This document shows, piece by piece, positions 38,074 to 50,849 of a stretch of 62,000 nucleotides of DNA. The position numbers and the translations under genes are program-made. Positions within the stretch are counted from its first letter, which is position 1. Each line of letters begins with the position of its first letter. The notes below the pieces were generated by a model. The model was not told where the DNA came from, searched no databases, and saw nothing but the letters and a program-made list of their open reading frames with translations. The stretch comes from Lama guanicoe (taxonomy: Eukaryota). The DNA lies in the NCBI GenBank assembly GCA_013239625.1, contig MU053934.1, positions 12,185,413 to 12,247,412 on the forward strand. The letters are read 5' to 3'.

Positions 38074-39113
38074 TGTGAGTCCTCCAACTTTGCTCTTCTT
38101 TTTCAAGACTGTTTCAGCTGTTTAGGGTGCCTTGAGATTCCATATGAGTTTTAGGATTGGGTTTTTCTATCTCTGTAAATCATCACTGGGATTTTGGTGG
38201 AGACTGCATTGAATCCAAAGATTGCTTGGATAATAATGATGTCTTGATGTTAATCCATGAACATGGGATGTATTTCCATTTATTTGTCTTCTCTAACTTG
38301 TTTCAGCCACATTTTATAGTTTTCAGTATACAAGTCTTCCACCTCATTCATTAAATTTATTTCTAAGTATTTTAGTCTTTTTGATGCTATCGTAGATGGA
38401 ATTGTTTTCTCAGTTTACTTTTTGGGATTGTTCATTGCAAGTGTGTAAAAATACAGTTGATTTTTGTGTGTTGATTTTGTATCCTGGAACTTTGCTGAAT
38501 TCATTTATTAGTTCTAACAGGTTTTGTGTGTATGTGTGAATTCTTTTAGCATTTTCTATATATAAGATCATGCCATCTGAAAATAGATGATTTTACTTCT
38601 TCCTTTCCAATTTGGGTATTCCAGTTTGTATACATTTAAATTTTCTTTTTCTTACCTAACTGCTCTGACGAGGACTTCCAGTGTTATTTTGAACAGAAGT
38701 GGTGAGAGCAGGCATCCTTGCCTTGTTCCTGATCCTAAGCGGAAAGCTTTCAGTCTCACCACTGAGTGTGATGTGAGCTGTGGGTTTTTCATACGTGGCC
38801 TTTATCCTGTTGAGGAAGTTCCCTTTTTTTCCTAGTTGATTGAGTGTTTTTATCATGAAAGGCTGTTGAGTTTTGTCAGATACCTTTTCTGCATCAACTA
38901 AGATGATTGTATGTAAATTTTCCCTTCATTCTATCAATGTGGTGCATCATATTGATTGATTTTCTCACGTTGAGCCTTTACGTTATGGAGTAAACCTCCT
39001 TGTTCGTGATGTGGAACCCCTGTACTACGCAGCTGCGTTCAGTTTGCCAGTATTTCGTTGAGGGTTTTTGCATCAGTGTTCACAAAGGGCATCGGCTGGT
39101 AGTTTGCATTTCT

Positions 39114-39260
39114 TTTTTTTAAATTGTGTTGAATTATTTTGTTTTGGTAGGGGGCAGGTAATTAGGTCTGTTTATTTTTAGGGGAGGTACTGTGGATGGA
39201 ACTCAGGACCTCGTGCAGGCTAAGTGTGCACTCTACCGCTTGAGCTACACCCTCCCCACC
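39114..39260 (-). mobile_element. tRNA-derived SINE (camelid Vic-1-like)
   Basis: Reverse complement of ggggagggtgtagctcaagcggtagagtgcacacttagcctgcacgaggtcctgagttccatcc; 14-bp TSD at 39101-39114 and 39261-39274 with 2 mismatches. Confidence 0.9.
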
Positions 39261-39320
39261 AGTTTGTGTTTCTTGTAGTCCTCTGCTTATGTCTTAAGTA
39301 GCGGTTTGTCTGCCTTGCAG

Positions 39321-39483
39321 GTAGAAGCTGTCTCGGATAAATGGGAAGATGACAGCAAAAACCACAGCCCAGGGCTGTCCGACTCCAGCCCCCGGGTGCT
39401 GATTGGCTGCGTGACCTCACTGAGGGATGGCGCTGGCTACATCAGCCAGACCACATACTTCTCCCGGGAGAGCGTTTGTGAAG
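39321..39483 (+). CDS. MOV10L1: MOV10L1 exon 3 (163 nt): [11 protein letters not shown]...YFSRESVCE(G)
   Basis: ttgcAG / GTGCGC, peptide homology. Confidence 0.97.
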
Positions 39484-40779
39484 GTGCGCTGGGCGGGTCT
39501 CCGCCTCACATTTCAAATTAGGTTTTGTGGGTTTTAAAAATGTCCATGGTTAGATTTGAGATGGCTGTGCGCATCCTCGAAAGGGCCACACCTGGGGTCA
39601 CAGCTGGGTGCGCTTCATCTGTGAGGAGCCTTGGGCGGAGCAAAGGCTCCTGGCGCGGGGTGGACGAGCCGCCCTTTGTCATGTGTCCATTTGTTGGATG
39701 CAGCCACGAAGTTCTGGGTCACTGTTCCTTTCTCATAATTAGTACTACTAATCTAAAACAATAGTGTTATACAGAGGTCTTATTATTTTTTGAGTACTTC
39801 AGATGTTTTAAAGCAGGAGTTGGGGGTAATCTTGTATGTTTCCAAGAGTACAGGTCCATTTTTAATTGCATTTAATTTTAGCTGATCGAAGATTTTGTTT
39901 TTATACCTAAAGAAACACTTTGTCAGCATCACTTAACTGAGTTTGACTGAACAACTGTGTATTGTGTGCCTGCTGTCTGCATTGGTAGGTGGGGGCAGGG
40001 CAGGGGGAGACCGAGATGCGTGAGCCCAGTGCTGCCCCCTGCGGGGAACCAGACCTAGATGTGCTCTGTCTTCGGGCAGGGCTTAGAAGGGCTTCCTGGG
40101 GGCGGTGCTGGCACGGGTGCTGGCTGCACAGCCTGCTGGGCTGCATGTGCAGAAAGGGGTCAGAGCAGGCTTCTCTGCCACCCTGACAGCCAGGAGCCCA
40201 GGTATAGGAGGGCTGTCACCGTGAGCTCGGCCCACCGGCCAGCTTGCTGTTTTACGTTTCTTGGATGTAAAAGCCAGGACTCTGACCTTGACCGCTAATC
40301 CTGGGAGTTCCCAGGATGAGAATGACATGTGGCTGTCTGGGATTATAAACCTCTGTTCCATCAGAGAAGCCCTCAGTTTTGGAGAAATTGATCCTGTGAC
40401 TGTCCAGCTCCAAGGCAGCTCATGGGCCCCTGTAGCCATGTGAGCAGGGTGTCACTCCCGAACACTGCTGGAATGTGCAGAAAGCCCACCCTGAGGACGG
40501 GCACCCGCAGCACAGGTGGAGGGCTCTCCCAGCGCGGCCCAGTCCTCTCCAGCCCTTAGAGTTGTGTTGTTCAAAACCTATTTGCAAAACTAAAATTCCT
40601 TCTAGAAAAAAGAAAAATGATACCTGGGTACATTGAAGCATATTAAAAGAGTTTAGTATTGATTATTCAGTTATTCTTGGTACATAAAACAATCTAATTT
40701 CTTAGCATCCCTAATCCCACGTCACTGGTATTGTTCTGAAGAACGTACATTTTTCAATATGATCTTACTTTCATTTTTT

Positions 40780-41250
40780 TCATACAGTGGCCTTGAAAGC
40801 TGCATTTTATGGTTAATGAAGTTGTAACTGTAGGTGCCTTTGTTTGGCACTCCCTGTAGGCTACAGTATAATATTTTTAATTGAGGAAATACTAGTTTGT
40901 GTGTGGGTGGTTTCCTGTCTTTACTGATGAGCTTTTCCATTTCATAATTTTCTCGTTTCTAGTATGGCCTTTTCTCTTCTTCCTAGAGAAGTTCCTTTAG
41001 TGTTTCTTGTACAGCTGGTTTGCTGCTGCTGAATTCTTTTAGCTTTTGCTTAGATATCTGTGAAGCTTTTGATTTGTCAAATCTGAACAAGAGCCTTGCT
41101 GGGTAGAGTGTTCTTGGCTGCTATTCCTTTCCATCACTTTAAATATGTGGTGCCCTCCCTTCTGGCCCGCAGTGTTTCTGCTGAAGAATCAGCTGATAAC
41201 TTTATGGGAGTCCCCTGTATGCTATTTGCCACTTTTCTCCTGCTGCTTTT
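40780..41250 (-). mobile_element. L1/HAL1-type ORF1-region fragment
   Basis: Antisense counterpart of the 51880-52150 segment (ctagagaagttcctttagtgtttcttgtacagctggtttg; gtttctgctgaagaatcagctgata). Confidence 0.65.
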
Positions 41251-42427
41251 AGTCAAGGAAGTACTAGTAAGCTCAGAGCAAATTTTGCCAAGTGTAGATA
41301 TTCACAAGTCTGTGTTTTTTCCCAGATTTGTATAACTGAAATGTATAACTTTTTCAGCCCAAATGTTTTCTCTCTTTTTTTTTTTGCCTGTGAGTACAGA
41401 GGTGTTAAATATTTTCATAAACTAAAACCTATCAAATAAATCATCTCTGGGATTTTTCTTTTCTAGAAATTTGTTTTTTTGGAATCTTACACCAAACTTG
41501 GAGGCTGTAAATTTGTAGGCCTTGTCAATTTCATGCATTCCATCACTGAGTATCAGTTTATCCAACTAAACGTAAGGGCATGAGGGCCTCCCTGAAAGGC
41601 TCCTCACACAGATGGGCCGATGTCGAGTCCCATCCTAGGAGCTGAGCTTTGAGCCACGTCCACGCGCAGGGTCTTCTTGCTCTGCCGCCTCCATTGCTTT
41701 TGTGGGGGAGTCAGGGTCACTGTTGCTGTATTTTCAGTAACTGCAATTCACAAAAGGCTTCAAAGCTGAACATTTTTTGCTTCCACATCTACTGAATACA
41801 ACGATTAAATATTTCCAACTGATTTTGAACAAAATGTAACCAAAATTTAGAGGTCTTGCTTAAAAACATTTAAAGGCGCACCATTGCTGATTTACAGAGT
41901 GCTTCTTCAAAGGTTCAAATGTTTGTGAAATTCAGACTGCGGGGCCGCCAAGAAAACCAGGCTGCCAGGTCCTGTGGTTTTGTTTGTTTTGCCACAGTCC
42001 TGTAATTGGGTCACCTTTGTGCACCAGTCCGTTTTGACCGCTGCAGTGGCGGCCTGCTGGAGGCACAGCGCGCAGAGGCAGACAGGACTGGTCTGCTCTG
42101 CGGCTCCCAGTGTGTCTGCCCCACGGGTTCCTGGCAACATACGCAGGGGTCTTGTTTTATTATGGTGCTTTGTTCCAGCAAAACTTGTGTTCGTGTAAAA
42201 TTACATGAAAACCTGATTTTATCTTCAGTGTTGGATTTTTAACTGATTTGTAGCATTCACAATAACTTGAGATATTTCTCCTTCAACAGAATAATCTTCC
42301 AGAATCTTTGAGTCCATGATTCTGATGGAGGGGAAAAATCCAACTGGTTTTTGAATTTGCTTCACTATTTTTCTCTCTAAAGTAACTGATTCACTTTAGA
42401 AGAACTAGAAGAACTATTGCTTCACTT

Positions 42428-44116
42428 TTTTTTTTTAGGTGATTTTTGATTAGTTTATTTCTTTTTTTTAAACTTTTTTTTTCTGAGTTATAGTCATTTT
42501 ACAATGTTGTGTCAAGTTCCGGTGTAGAGCACAATTTTTCATTTATACATGAGCATGCATATATTCATTGTCATGTTATTTTTTCACTGTGAGCTACCAC
42601 CAGATCTTGTATATATTTCTCTGTGCTATAGCATATAATCTTGTTTATCTATTCTACATATGCCTGTCAGTATCTACAAATTTTGAACTCCCAGTCTGTC
42701 CCTTCCCACCCCACCCTTGGTAACACCAAGTTTGTATTCTATGTCTGTGAGTCGGTTTCTGTTTTGTATTTATGTTCTTTTTTTTTTTTTTTAGATTCCG
42801 CATATGAGCGATCTCATATGGTATTTTTCTTTCTCTTTCTGGCTTACTTCAGTTAGAATGACATTCTCCAGGAACATCCATGTTGCTGCAAATGGCGTTA
42901 TGTTGTCATTTTTATGGCTGAATAGTATTCCATTGTGTAAATATACCACATCTTCTTTATCCAGTCATCCGTTGATGGACATTTAGGCTGTTTCCATGTC
43001 TTGGCTATTGTAAACAGTGCTGTTATGAACATTGGGGTGCAGGTGTCTTTTTGAAGTAGGGTTCCTTCTGGATATATGCCCAGGAGCGGGATTCCTGGGT
43101 CATATGGTAAATCTATTCCTAGTCTTTTGAGGAATCTCCATACTGTTTTCCACAGTGGCTGCACCAAACTGCATTCCCACCAGCAGTGTAGGAGGGTTCA
43201 CTTTTCTCCACAGCCTCTCCAGCATTTGTCACTTGTGGATTTTTGAATGATGGCCATTCTGACTGGTGTGAGGTGATCCGTCATCATAGTTTTGATTTGC
43301 ATTTCTCTGATAATTAGTGATATTGAGCATTCTTTCATGTGCCTATTGATCATTTGTATTTCTTCCTTGCAGAATTGCTTGTTTAGGTCTTCTGCCCATT
43401 TTTGTATTGGGTTGTTTGTTTTTTTCTTATTAAGTCATATGAGCTGCTTATATATTCCTGAGATCAAGCCTTTGTTGGTTTCATGTGCAAAAATTTTCTC
43501 CCATTCCGTAGGTTGTCGTTTTGTTTTACTTATGATTTCCTTAGCTGTGCAGAAGCTCGTAAGTTTCATTAGGTCCCATTTGTTTATTCTTGCTTTTATT
43601 TCTTATAGAAAATTTTTGAGATGTATGTCAGATAATGTTTTGCCTATGTTTTCCTCTAGGAGGTTTATTGTATCTTGTCTTATGTTTAAGTCTTTGATCC
43701 ATTTTGAGTTTATTTTTGTGTGTGGTGTAAGGGAGTGTTCTCGCTTCATTGTTTTACATGCTGCTGTCCAGTTTTCCCAACACCATTTGCTGAAGAGACT
43801 GTCTTTATTCCATTGTATATTCTTGCCTCCTTTGTCGAAGATGAGTTGACCAAAAGTTTGTGGGTTCATTTCTGGGCTCTTTGTTCTGTTCCATTGGTCT
43901 GTATGTCTGTTTTTGTACCAATACCATGCTGTCTTGATGGCTGTAGCTCTGTAGTATTGTCTGAAGCCTTGGAGAGTTATTCCTCCAGCCTCTTTCTTTT
44001 TCTTCAGTAATGCTTTGGCAATTCTAGGTCTTTTGTGATTCCGTATAAATTTTATTATGATTTGTTCTAGTTCTGTGAACTATGTCCTGGGTAATTTGAT
44101 AGGGATTGCATTAAAT
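42428..44116 (-). mobile_element. Young 5'-truncated LINE-1 (about 1.7 kb) with TSD
   Basis: TSD tattgcttcactt at 42415-42427 and 44116-44128; poly-T tail; well-preserved ORF2 C-terminal ORFs 42898-43167 and 43603-43869. Confidence 0.95.
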
Positions 44117-45075
44117 ATTGCTTCACTTCTTATGTGTGTCTGGGAGGGTTTAGAATAAAAGATTAGCAAAATTGTGTCAGTTACCTGGTAAATGAAGCCA
44201 TGGTTTACACGACATGTTAATGCACCTTGAGGGCTTGTTGAGTTGTGCTCTGGGCATGTCCTCCGAGCACACGGACTGACCTTGCAGCCAGCGCTTCCAG
44301 AGGCCTATCTCCTGGCTCTGCCCTGCAGTGGTGCCAGTGTGGCCTGTGCACAGCAGTGGACGCCGCGGGTGTTATGGGCTGTTGTGTGCTCATCACCAGC
44401 TCTCCTGAGAAGCAAACTCAGTATTTAATTATGCACATTTGATTTTTGGGCTTGTTGCTACCAGGAATGTTTATTGTAAAATAACAAAAAGGTTGTAACT
44501 AGTTATAGCTTTACAGTAGGTACTACAGCCCACCTGTTCAGGCCACACTCTCCCTGTTGGTGTCAGGACTGCTCAGCCACTTCACCTCACCCAGCCTGCA
44601 GGTTCCTAGTGTTCCCGCCCAGGCAACCCTGCGTGTCCCTGATGGGGCGGGGGACTCTCTCCATGGCTGGAAGAAGCTGACATGGAAGCAGGGCACCCCT
44701 TCTCCCCCTAGACTGGAGGAGGGGAGTTGATAGAGGGGAGGTTGCAGTTGTTCATAATACTTTGTTGCTGTGTTTGTTTGTTTGTTTGTTTTAATGAAAA
44801 GCATGGGGAGGATTGAACCCAGATGGGATCCTGAGACTCTGTTGGAACCAGGTGTATCCAGGCCTAACCTCAGACCTCTCTGAGGACCCTGCCCTCACCT
44901 TGTGGGCTGGAGGGTCAGGCTGTGCAAAGGTTGGTCTTTAATAGCCTCTGCTCTCTCTGAGCAGGGTAAATGGAGAAGAGAATTAGGTTGATAAGCTGGT
45001 TTCTGACAGGCGGGAACAGAGAGCTCCTTCCTTAACTGTTCACATGTATGTCGGCACAGTATAACTTCGTAGTGA

Positions 45076-45291
<216 letters not shown>

Positions 45292-45486
45292 TAGGAAGTC
45301 AGGAGAACTGAGGTTCCATCTCAGCTGGAGGAGACCCTGTCCTCTTACTGAGAGTGCTGCCTCCCTGTGGGGAGGCGCATAGTACAGCTCTGGGTGACAG
45401 AGGTCTACACAGGTGTCACGATGCCCTGGGTGTTGGGAGCGAGTGCAGGGAGACGCAGGCTCTGAGCCTGCTGTCACCACTACTGT

Positions 45487-45534
45487 GGGCCAGGAGAGGG
45501 GCCGGGAGTGGGGCCAGGAGAGGGGCCAGGAGAG
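45487..45534 (+). repeat. 12-bp minisatellite (GGGCCAGGAGAG)x4
   Basis: gggccaggagag gggccgggagtg gggccaggagag gggccaggagag. Confidence 0.85.
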
Positions 45535-45687
45535 GAGGGGATTGAGTCTGCGGGAAAGGGGAGGTGTGCACAGCCTGAGGTCCCCCCCTGCCCCTGGGAC
45601 CCAGTGCTGTGGGCCAGCTCAGCAGGCATCGGTTCCGGTGGGCCCCATCCACATGTGGTAACTGGCTCCTGGGCACCGTGCCGACAG

Positions 45688-45875
45688 GTCTGTGTGTCCA
45701 GCCTCTGTGGAAGAAACGGGGTGATTGACGACTGCATCTTTTTTACCTTGGACTCCCTAAAACTTCCGGAAGGATATGTGCCTCGGAGACACGACGTGGT
45801 CAGTGCAGTGGTGGTGGAGAGCAGCCAGTCGTGCTACGTGTGGCGGGCGCTGTGCCTAACGCCCGTGCACAGGCG
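45688..45875 (+). CDS. MOV10L1: MOV10L1 exon 5 (188 nt): [30 protein letters not shown]...LTPVHR(R)
   Basis: gacAG / GTGAGG, peptide homology. Confidence 0.96.
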
Positions 45876-47075
45876 GTGAGGAGACTGGCTGGGCAGGGCT
45901 GGGCGGATCCGGGGCTGCATGTCGTAAAACAGAGTAATGGCGGGCTGTGTGTGGTCTTCGTGGCTAAGTGAAGGCCGAGTTAAAAGTTGCCTTGTTCCTT
46001 AATCTCATGGTGATGATCTTCGTACTTTGGTGGGTTTATGCTGCTACTCCTTCCCCCGCTGGCATTTGTTAGAACACACCGCACGGTAGGTGCTGAATTT
46101 GCTGTCTCCTCTCCTGTGCCCCCTCCCGCCCCCGTGCTCTGGGGCTAAGCGGCAGCCCTGCCCAGCCTCCCGCTCCCTTCTCTGCCTGCTTTTCCCCCTT
46201 GGCCCTTATCTCCAGTGAGCTTGTTACACGGTTTTCAGATTGTTCTGTTTTTGAGCTGATCTCCTCAACAGAGTGAGTTCTGGGTCGCACCTACCGAGTG
46301 CCTGGCTCGCTTCCCCAAGCCACGGGGGTGTGTGTGGTTCTGCCGGGAGCAGAGTGGCAGGAAGTGCCCCACAATGCAAGGGGTGAATGAGCCTCCGTTC
46401 TTGGCTGTGATCAGTGTCTGCAGAAGGGCCACCAGGCCTGGGGCTGCCGGGCTGGAGAGGCGCCGGCGCACCTGGAGGACGGAGGAGGCGGGGGGGATGT
46501 GTGACAGCAGGGACTTGCAGGGAGCTGACTGCGAAGGGGTCACTTGTGTGGTCGAGGAGTCGCTGTGTGTGTGTGGACAGCAGCTAGTTTCTGAGTGGGG
46601 CTGCAGCCCGGGTTTGGGAGGTGGGGAGCACCGGGGGGCGGTGGGGTGAGCTCAGCGGTACCATCAGGAAGGTAGAGGGGCTTCTCCATGGAGGGTGGAA
46701 TCACCTCATTTTCTGAAGAGAAAAGTTCTCATTTAATTGTTTTCAAATACTTTGTAGCAACAACTCTTTCCAAATGAAAGCTTAGCAGTGGGTCCCTGAT
46801 GAACACCCCCCACCCCCAGCAGCCTGGGAGGGACGGGGAAGAGGACGGTGGCACAACGGGCCCCGGGGCATCTGGAGAACCTGCAGCTGGTGGAGCCCAG
46901 CATCAGGCCCCCTGGTCCCCGGTGTCACCACTGTGTCCCTCCCCTTCTGGTCCCGGGTTCTGAGTGTTGTCGCTCCATGGTCACCTCTCTGGGACTTGGC
47001 TCCTTGTCTCCAGCCTGAGGGGGGAGGCTGGCGGCGCCTCAGACGCGCAGCCTGACGCTGCTACGCTCCCTCCAG

Positions 47076-47216
47076 GGACTTCTCCACCCCCGAGGAGGCC
47101 GCCGGGGAGGCCTGTGGAGCCCTTTTACAAAACAAAGGTGACATCGAGGTCACAAGGATGACAAATTTTGGAACAATGAAAGAAGGAGGATGTAAAAGTA
47201 TGGTGATCTGTATAGA
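47076..47216 (+). CDS. MOV10L1: MOV10L1 exon 6 (141 nt): DFSTPEEAAGEACGALLQNKGDIEVTRMTNFGTMKEGGCKSMVICI(E)
   Basis: ctccAG / GTAAGT; NKGDIEVT motif; phases fit. Confidence 0.93.
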
Positions 47217-47472
47217 GTAAGTTTGCCACTCAAATAAAATTGCTCATTAGTTTACATGGGTTTTAAACTGTAATTTAAGAATTTCTATAGGATCAACTTT
47301 ACTTTTCCTACATGTATCTATTTAGGTTTTCCACCCTGAAATACCCTTTTAACTTGTACTCATAAAAGTATTTGTCGTTGCCTTTCACTAATTAGATTGA
47401 ATTCTGAGTTTTATAGTAACTGAATATTTTAGCTTTAGAAATCTGTGTTCACAACTAATTCTCTTTTTCCAG

Positions 47473-47717
47473 GAATAAAGGAGACGTTCCTCAGTACTTA
47501 GTCTGTTGCAAACTGGCTGGCTGGGACAAAGCTAAACAGTTCCGATTTCAGATGCTGGATAAAACTCAGAGGTGCTCCGTGGTGTCTCTTGTTTCTCTTC
47601 CTGAGGAGGAGAAGAATTTTTCAGATGAAACTATTAACTCATTAGACAGCTGCAGAAAAACTGACACCTGTCAGACATTGGAGAGCAGCTTGGGGAACAG
47701 CAGAGCAGTCTCTCCAG
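47473..47717 (+). CDS. MOV10L1: MOV10L1 exon 7 (245 nt): [30 protein letters not shown]...NSRAVSP
   Basis: ttttccAG / GTAGAC, peptide homology. Confidence 0.94.
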
Positions 47718-48099
47718 GTAGACGCTTCACTGTTTCCGTGACATCAGCCTCTGGAGCCTGGCAGGTCGGGCGCCGGTGCAGCTGCTCTCTGGGGCCCTGG
47801 GCAGGCGAGTGGCAGTAATTTCGCTGCGGTCCCTTTGATCTGGACCCTTCTCTGATACCCGGGGTAAAACAGCTTGAGAAACACCAGAAGTGCTTCAGAC
47901 AAGCGCTTCCCAGGAATGATTCCAGACTGGGGAGGGGCTGCCTACTGTCCCCTTACTCTTTGGCCATCCACCGTCTGTGGTTTTGTGTCTGTATGTGTGG
48001 CGGTCTCTGTGTGATGCTTATGTCCACCAGCCTGCCACCCCTGGGAAAGGGAACATGTTCACCTTTGGTCTAATTTTAGATTTAAATTTCATCTCCCAG

Positions 48100-48232
48100 A
48101 TGACTGTGCCTGTAAAGGAGGAAGCGGAGAAAAGGAAAAGTGTGCCTCAAGGAAACAGGTGACAGAGCCTGAGCCCGGCAGGCTCATCCCTCCAGGCGGA
48201 CAAACCCTGATTGTGATCATATGTGAAGCGAA
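48100..48232 (+). CDS. MOV10L1: MOV10L1 exon 8 (133 nt): DCACKGGSGEKEKCASRKQVTEPEPGRLIPPGGQTLIVIICEA(K)
   Basis: ctcccAG / GTACGT, peptide homology. Confidence 0.94.
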
Positions 48233-49215
48233 GTACGTGGCTGGAGGATGTGGAGGGACTTTACTGTGGGGACAGCTGGACACTTGTCTTTTTAGGTTTC
48301 ATGTGTGGTGTTCTAGGTTGAACGTTACAAAAAGTATTCATAACTATTTTGATGGGCCGAAACTGTAAGAAAAAGCATTGCTGGAGATGGTGGCTTGAGT
48401 GTGCGTGCACATCAAGGCCCTGCTGCCCTGCCTGGACTCCGGACTGGCCGGGAGGATGGTACAGGCAGGGCTCCCCCAGCCCTTCTGCTCCCTTGGCTCG
48501 GCCCGAGACCTTCTTGCCCCTCCCTCTGCCTCCACCTGAGCAGCCAGGCAAAACACGGGATCCCGAGCCCTTGCGGGTCCTTCCTCTCTTCGGCCTCCTC
48601 CCTGTGTCCAGGCTCCCGGCCTGGTGGTCCCCCTTCAGCGAGCACTCGGGCTGCAGCCCTTAGTCCCTCCCTCATCTCATGTGCACCTGCTCGTCCTCAA
48701 CTCGTCAGACAGTGGGTCTGGTTAGATCCGCGCCTTGCCTCAGGCCAGTGGTGATCCGTGAGCGCAGGGCAGTCCTGCGTCAGCGGCTTGTGACACAGCT
48801 CCTGTAGGCCGTCTGTAACCCGTGGCAGTGACAGTGATGGTGCAGGGGGCGGTGAGGAGGCCGAGCGCCGGATGTGCAGTGGAGCTGGGACCCTGGCAAC
48901 AGCAGAAACTGGGCAGGAGGCAGAGTGAAAGTCGTGTCTTCTTGGTCACATGACACAATTCTGATTTAAACTGGGGAATACTGGAAATGTTTTTCCTGTT
49001 CTTAAGTCTGAGAATTACAGAGAAGACCATTTTAGGTGCTTGATTTTTATCTTGGGAAAATGTTACATTGCTTACGTCCCCTTTTTCCCTGAGAAGATTA
49101 TCAAAAGCTAAGGAGGACAGTGGTTCGATAGCTGTGTGATTGTCCTCATGTGAGTGAAGGGGAGTGTGTGGGACCCGCCTGTCTTATTGGTGACAACCAT
49201 GTTTGGTTTGTCCAG

Positions 49216-49410
49216 GAACTCCGGCCGCTGCAAGGAGCTCCTTCTGCTTTGCTTCTCCAATTTCATAATCGGGCGATTCCTTGAAGTGACCGTCGTGAGT
49301 GAGGAGGAGTCATTGATAGCGGTCCGAGAACCGTTTTCATGGAAAAAGTCAAAAAGTTCCCAAGCATTAGTTTCTACAAAAACTACAGTTGTTGTGACCA
49401 CGCAGAAAAG
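49216..49410 (+). CDS. MOV10L1: MOV10L1 exon 9 (195 nt): [16 protein letters not shown]...TTVVVTTQK(R)
   Basis: tccAG / GTACCG, peptide homology. Confidence 0.96.
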
Positions 49411-50289
49411 GTACCGTGGGCAGAGGGGACAGGCCAGCCGGCGCTCGGGCTAGCAGTGTGAGGGATCTGTGTGGCTGCTTTGCTGTTGGAGGGAAATGGG
49501 CATCCCCTGTTCCACCATTGTTCTGGGGTTGCGCTGGGAGGAGAGGGTGGGGGACAGGCACTGTGGAGAGGACTGCAGCGCCCCCTAGTCTCGGGGTGAT
49601 CTCCCACAGCAGGATGCCATTTGACACTTGCCTTCAGCTCCTGCCACCTCTCATGTTCCCACAGCCCAGCCAGCCCGTCTCCCGAGACGTCCTGTGTCCC
49701 ACATGGGCACCCGGAGGCGTCGATCTGCAGGGGTCAGTGAGACATGGCTGGTGTGACTGCGAGCCATTCACAGCACCTGAGTTAGCTTGTTGAGCGCTAA
49801 CTCAACAAGCTTGGCTGCTTGAAGTCCATTTGAAGATGTAGCGTCTTTGAAAAATGAAATTAAGAAGGAAAAAATCTGCTAGTAACGTATGGCTGGGGGC
49901 TTGGGGATGACCCGGCCTTTAACTGGAGTGTGGTCTGGAGAATGTGTGGCATGTCCATATTTTCTTGTCTGCAGCTATGAAACCCAAACTCTGAACAGCA
50001 GATTTTGTTTTTTTAAGCTTACCAAAAACTCTGATCTCTGGGGCTGAGGGGATGTTTGGTGGTAGCACCCTGTGTCTTGTGGACACTTACCCTCAGGCTG
50101 TAACTGATGGCTTGAGCGCTGCCCAGAACCCCCTGGGGTGATGTGTGCCACTTCTCCAACAGTGGAAAGTCCTGGATTTCAGATCACACCTTACCCAGAA
50201 GCAAATGAAGATAAGGTACTATGACTGGTGCTGATTTGTGGGCTGAAGGAAGAATCTCTCAGCCGAGTATTGTGTGGCTGTTAACCTTG

Positions 50290-50470
50290 GGGTTGAACTG
50301 TTGTTTGAATCCCAGCACTGCGGATGGGAAGCTGTGTGACTTCGGCCAGTTCCTCAGTCCCTCTGAGCTTTAGTCTCATTTGTAAAGTGGTAGCCACCCC
50401 CCCCCCCGTGTGGCTGTGAAGATTAAATGTGTGGTTTCTGGCACAGGTGGTCAGTAGTGACCAGTCGATA
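50290..50470 (+). mobile_element. MIR remnant
   Basis: tttgaatcccagc..gctgtgtgacttcggccagttcctcagtccctctgagctttagtctcatttgtaaagtgg..gtgaagattaaatg. Confidence 0.75.
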
Positions 50471-50849
50471 GTATCAATCGTTGGTCATGTGAACAGTGGT
50501 CAGACGTGTCCTAGGGCTGGAACCTGGAACATGGGAGCAAGAGGCCGCTGCGGCCTGCGGGCAGCAGGGTCCAGGTGGTTGGGCTCCAGTTACGGGAGCT
50601 TTTACGAACCTCTGGCTGTCACTTAGTGGTGCACCAAGCAGCCTTCTTGTTCTACTTTGGCTTTACTGGAGGAGTGAAATAAGCCAAGAGCACAGGTGTT
50701 TTAATTCTCTAGTTAGTTACTTCCCTTTGAATGTTAATACATCGTTACCATACGGAAACATCCATGAAACAGGACATTTGTTTCCCGCTGTCAGAACAGT
50801 GACCCAGAGTGCCTGTCCTCCTTGGCTTGGCATCCTTGGAACTGCCAGT

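Larger units (their letters stand above)
34240..39290 (-). mobile_element. Nested cluster of mostly antisense LINE-1 pieces filling MOV10L1 intron 2
   Basis: ORF2-like minus ORFs 36636-37040 (IFNIGAKTIQWGK..WEKWISICKRMK) and 38656-38856 ([21 protein letters not shown]); several younger inserts. Confidence 0.9.

Noticed and set aside
43292..43849. 185-aa hydrophobic ORF resembling a membrane protein
   Set aside because: Antisense reading of the L1 ORF2 C-terminus, a common false protein
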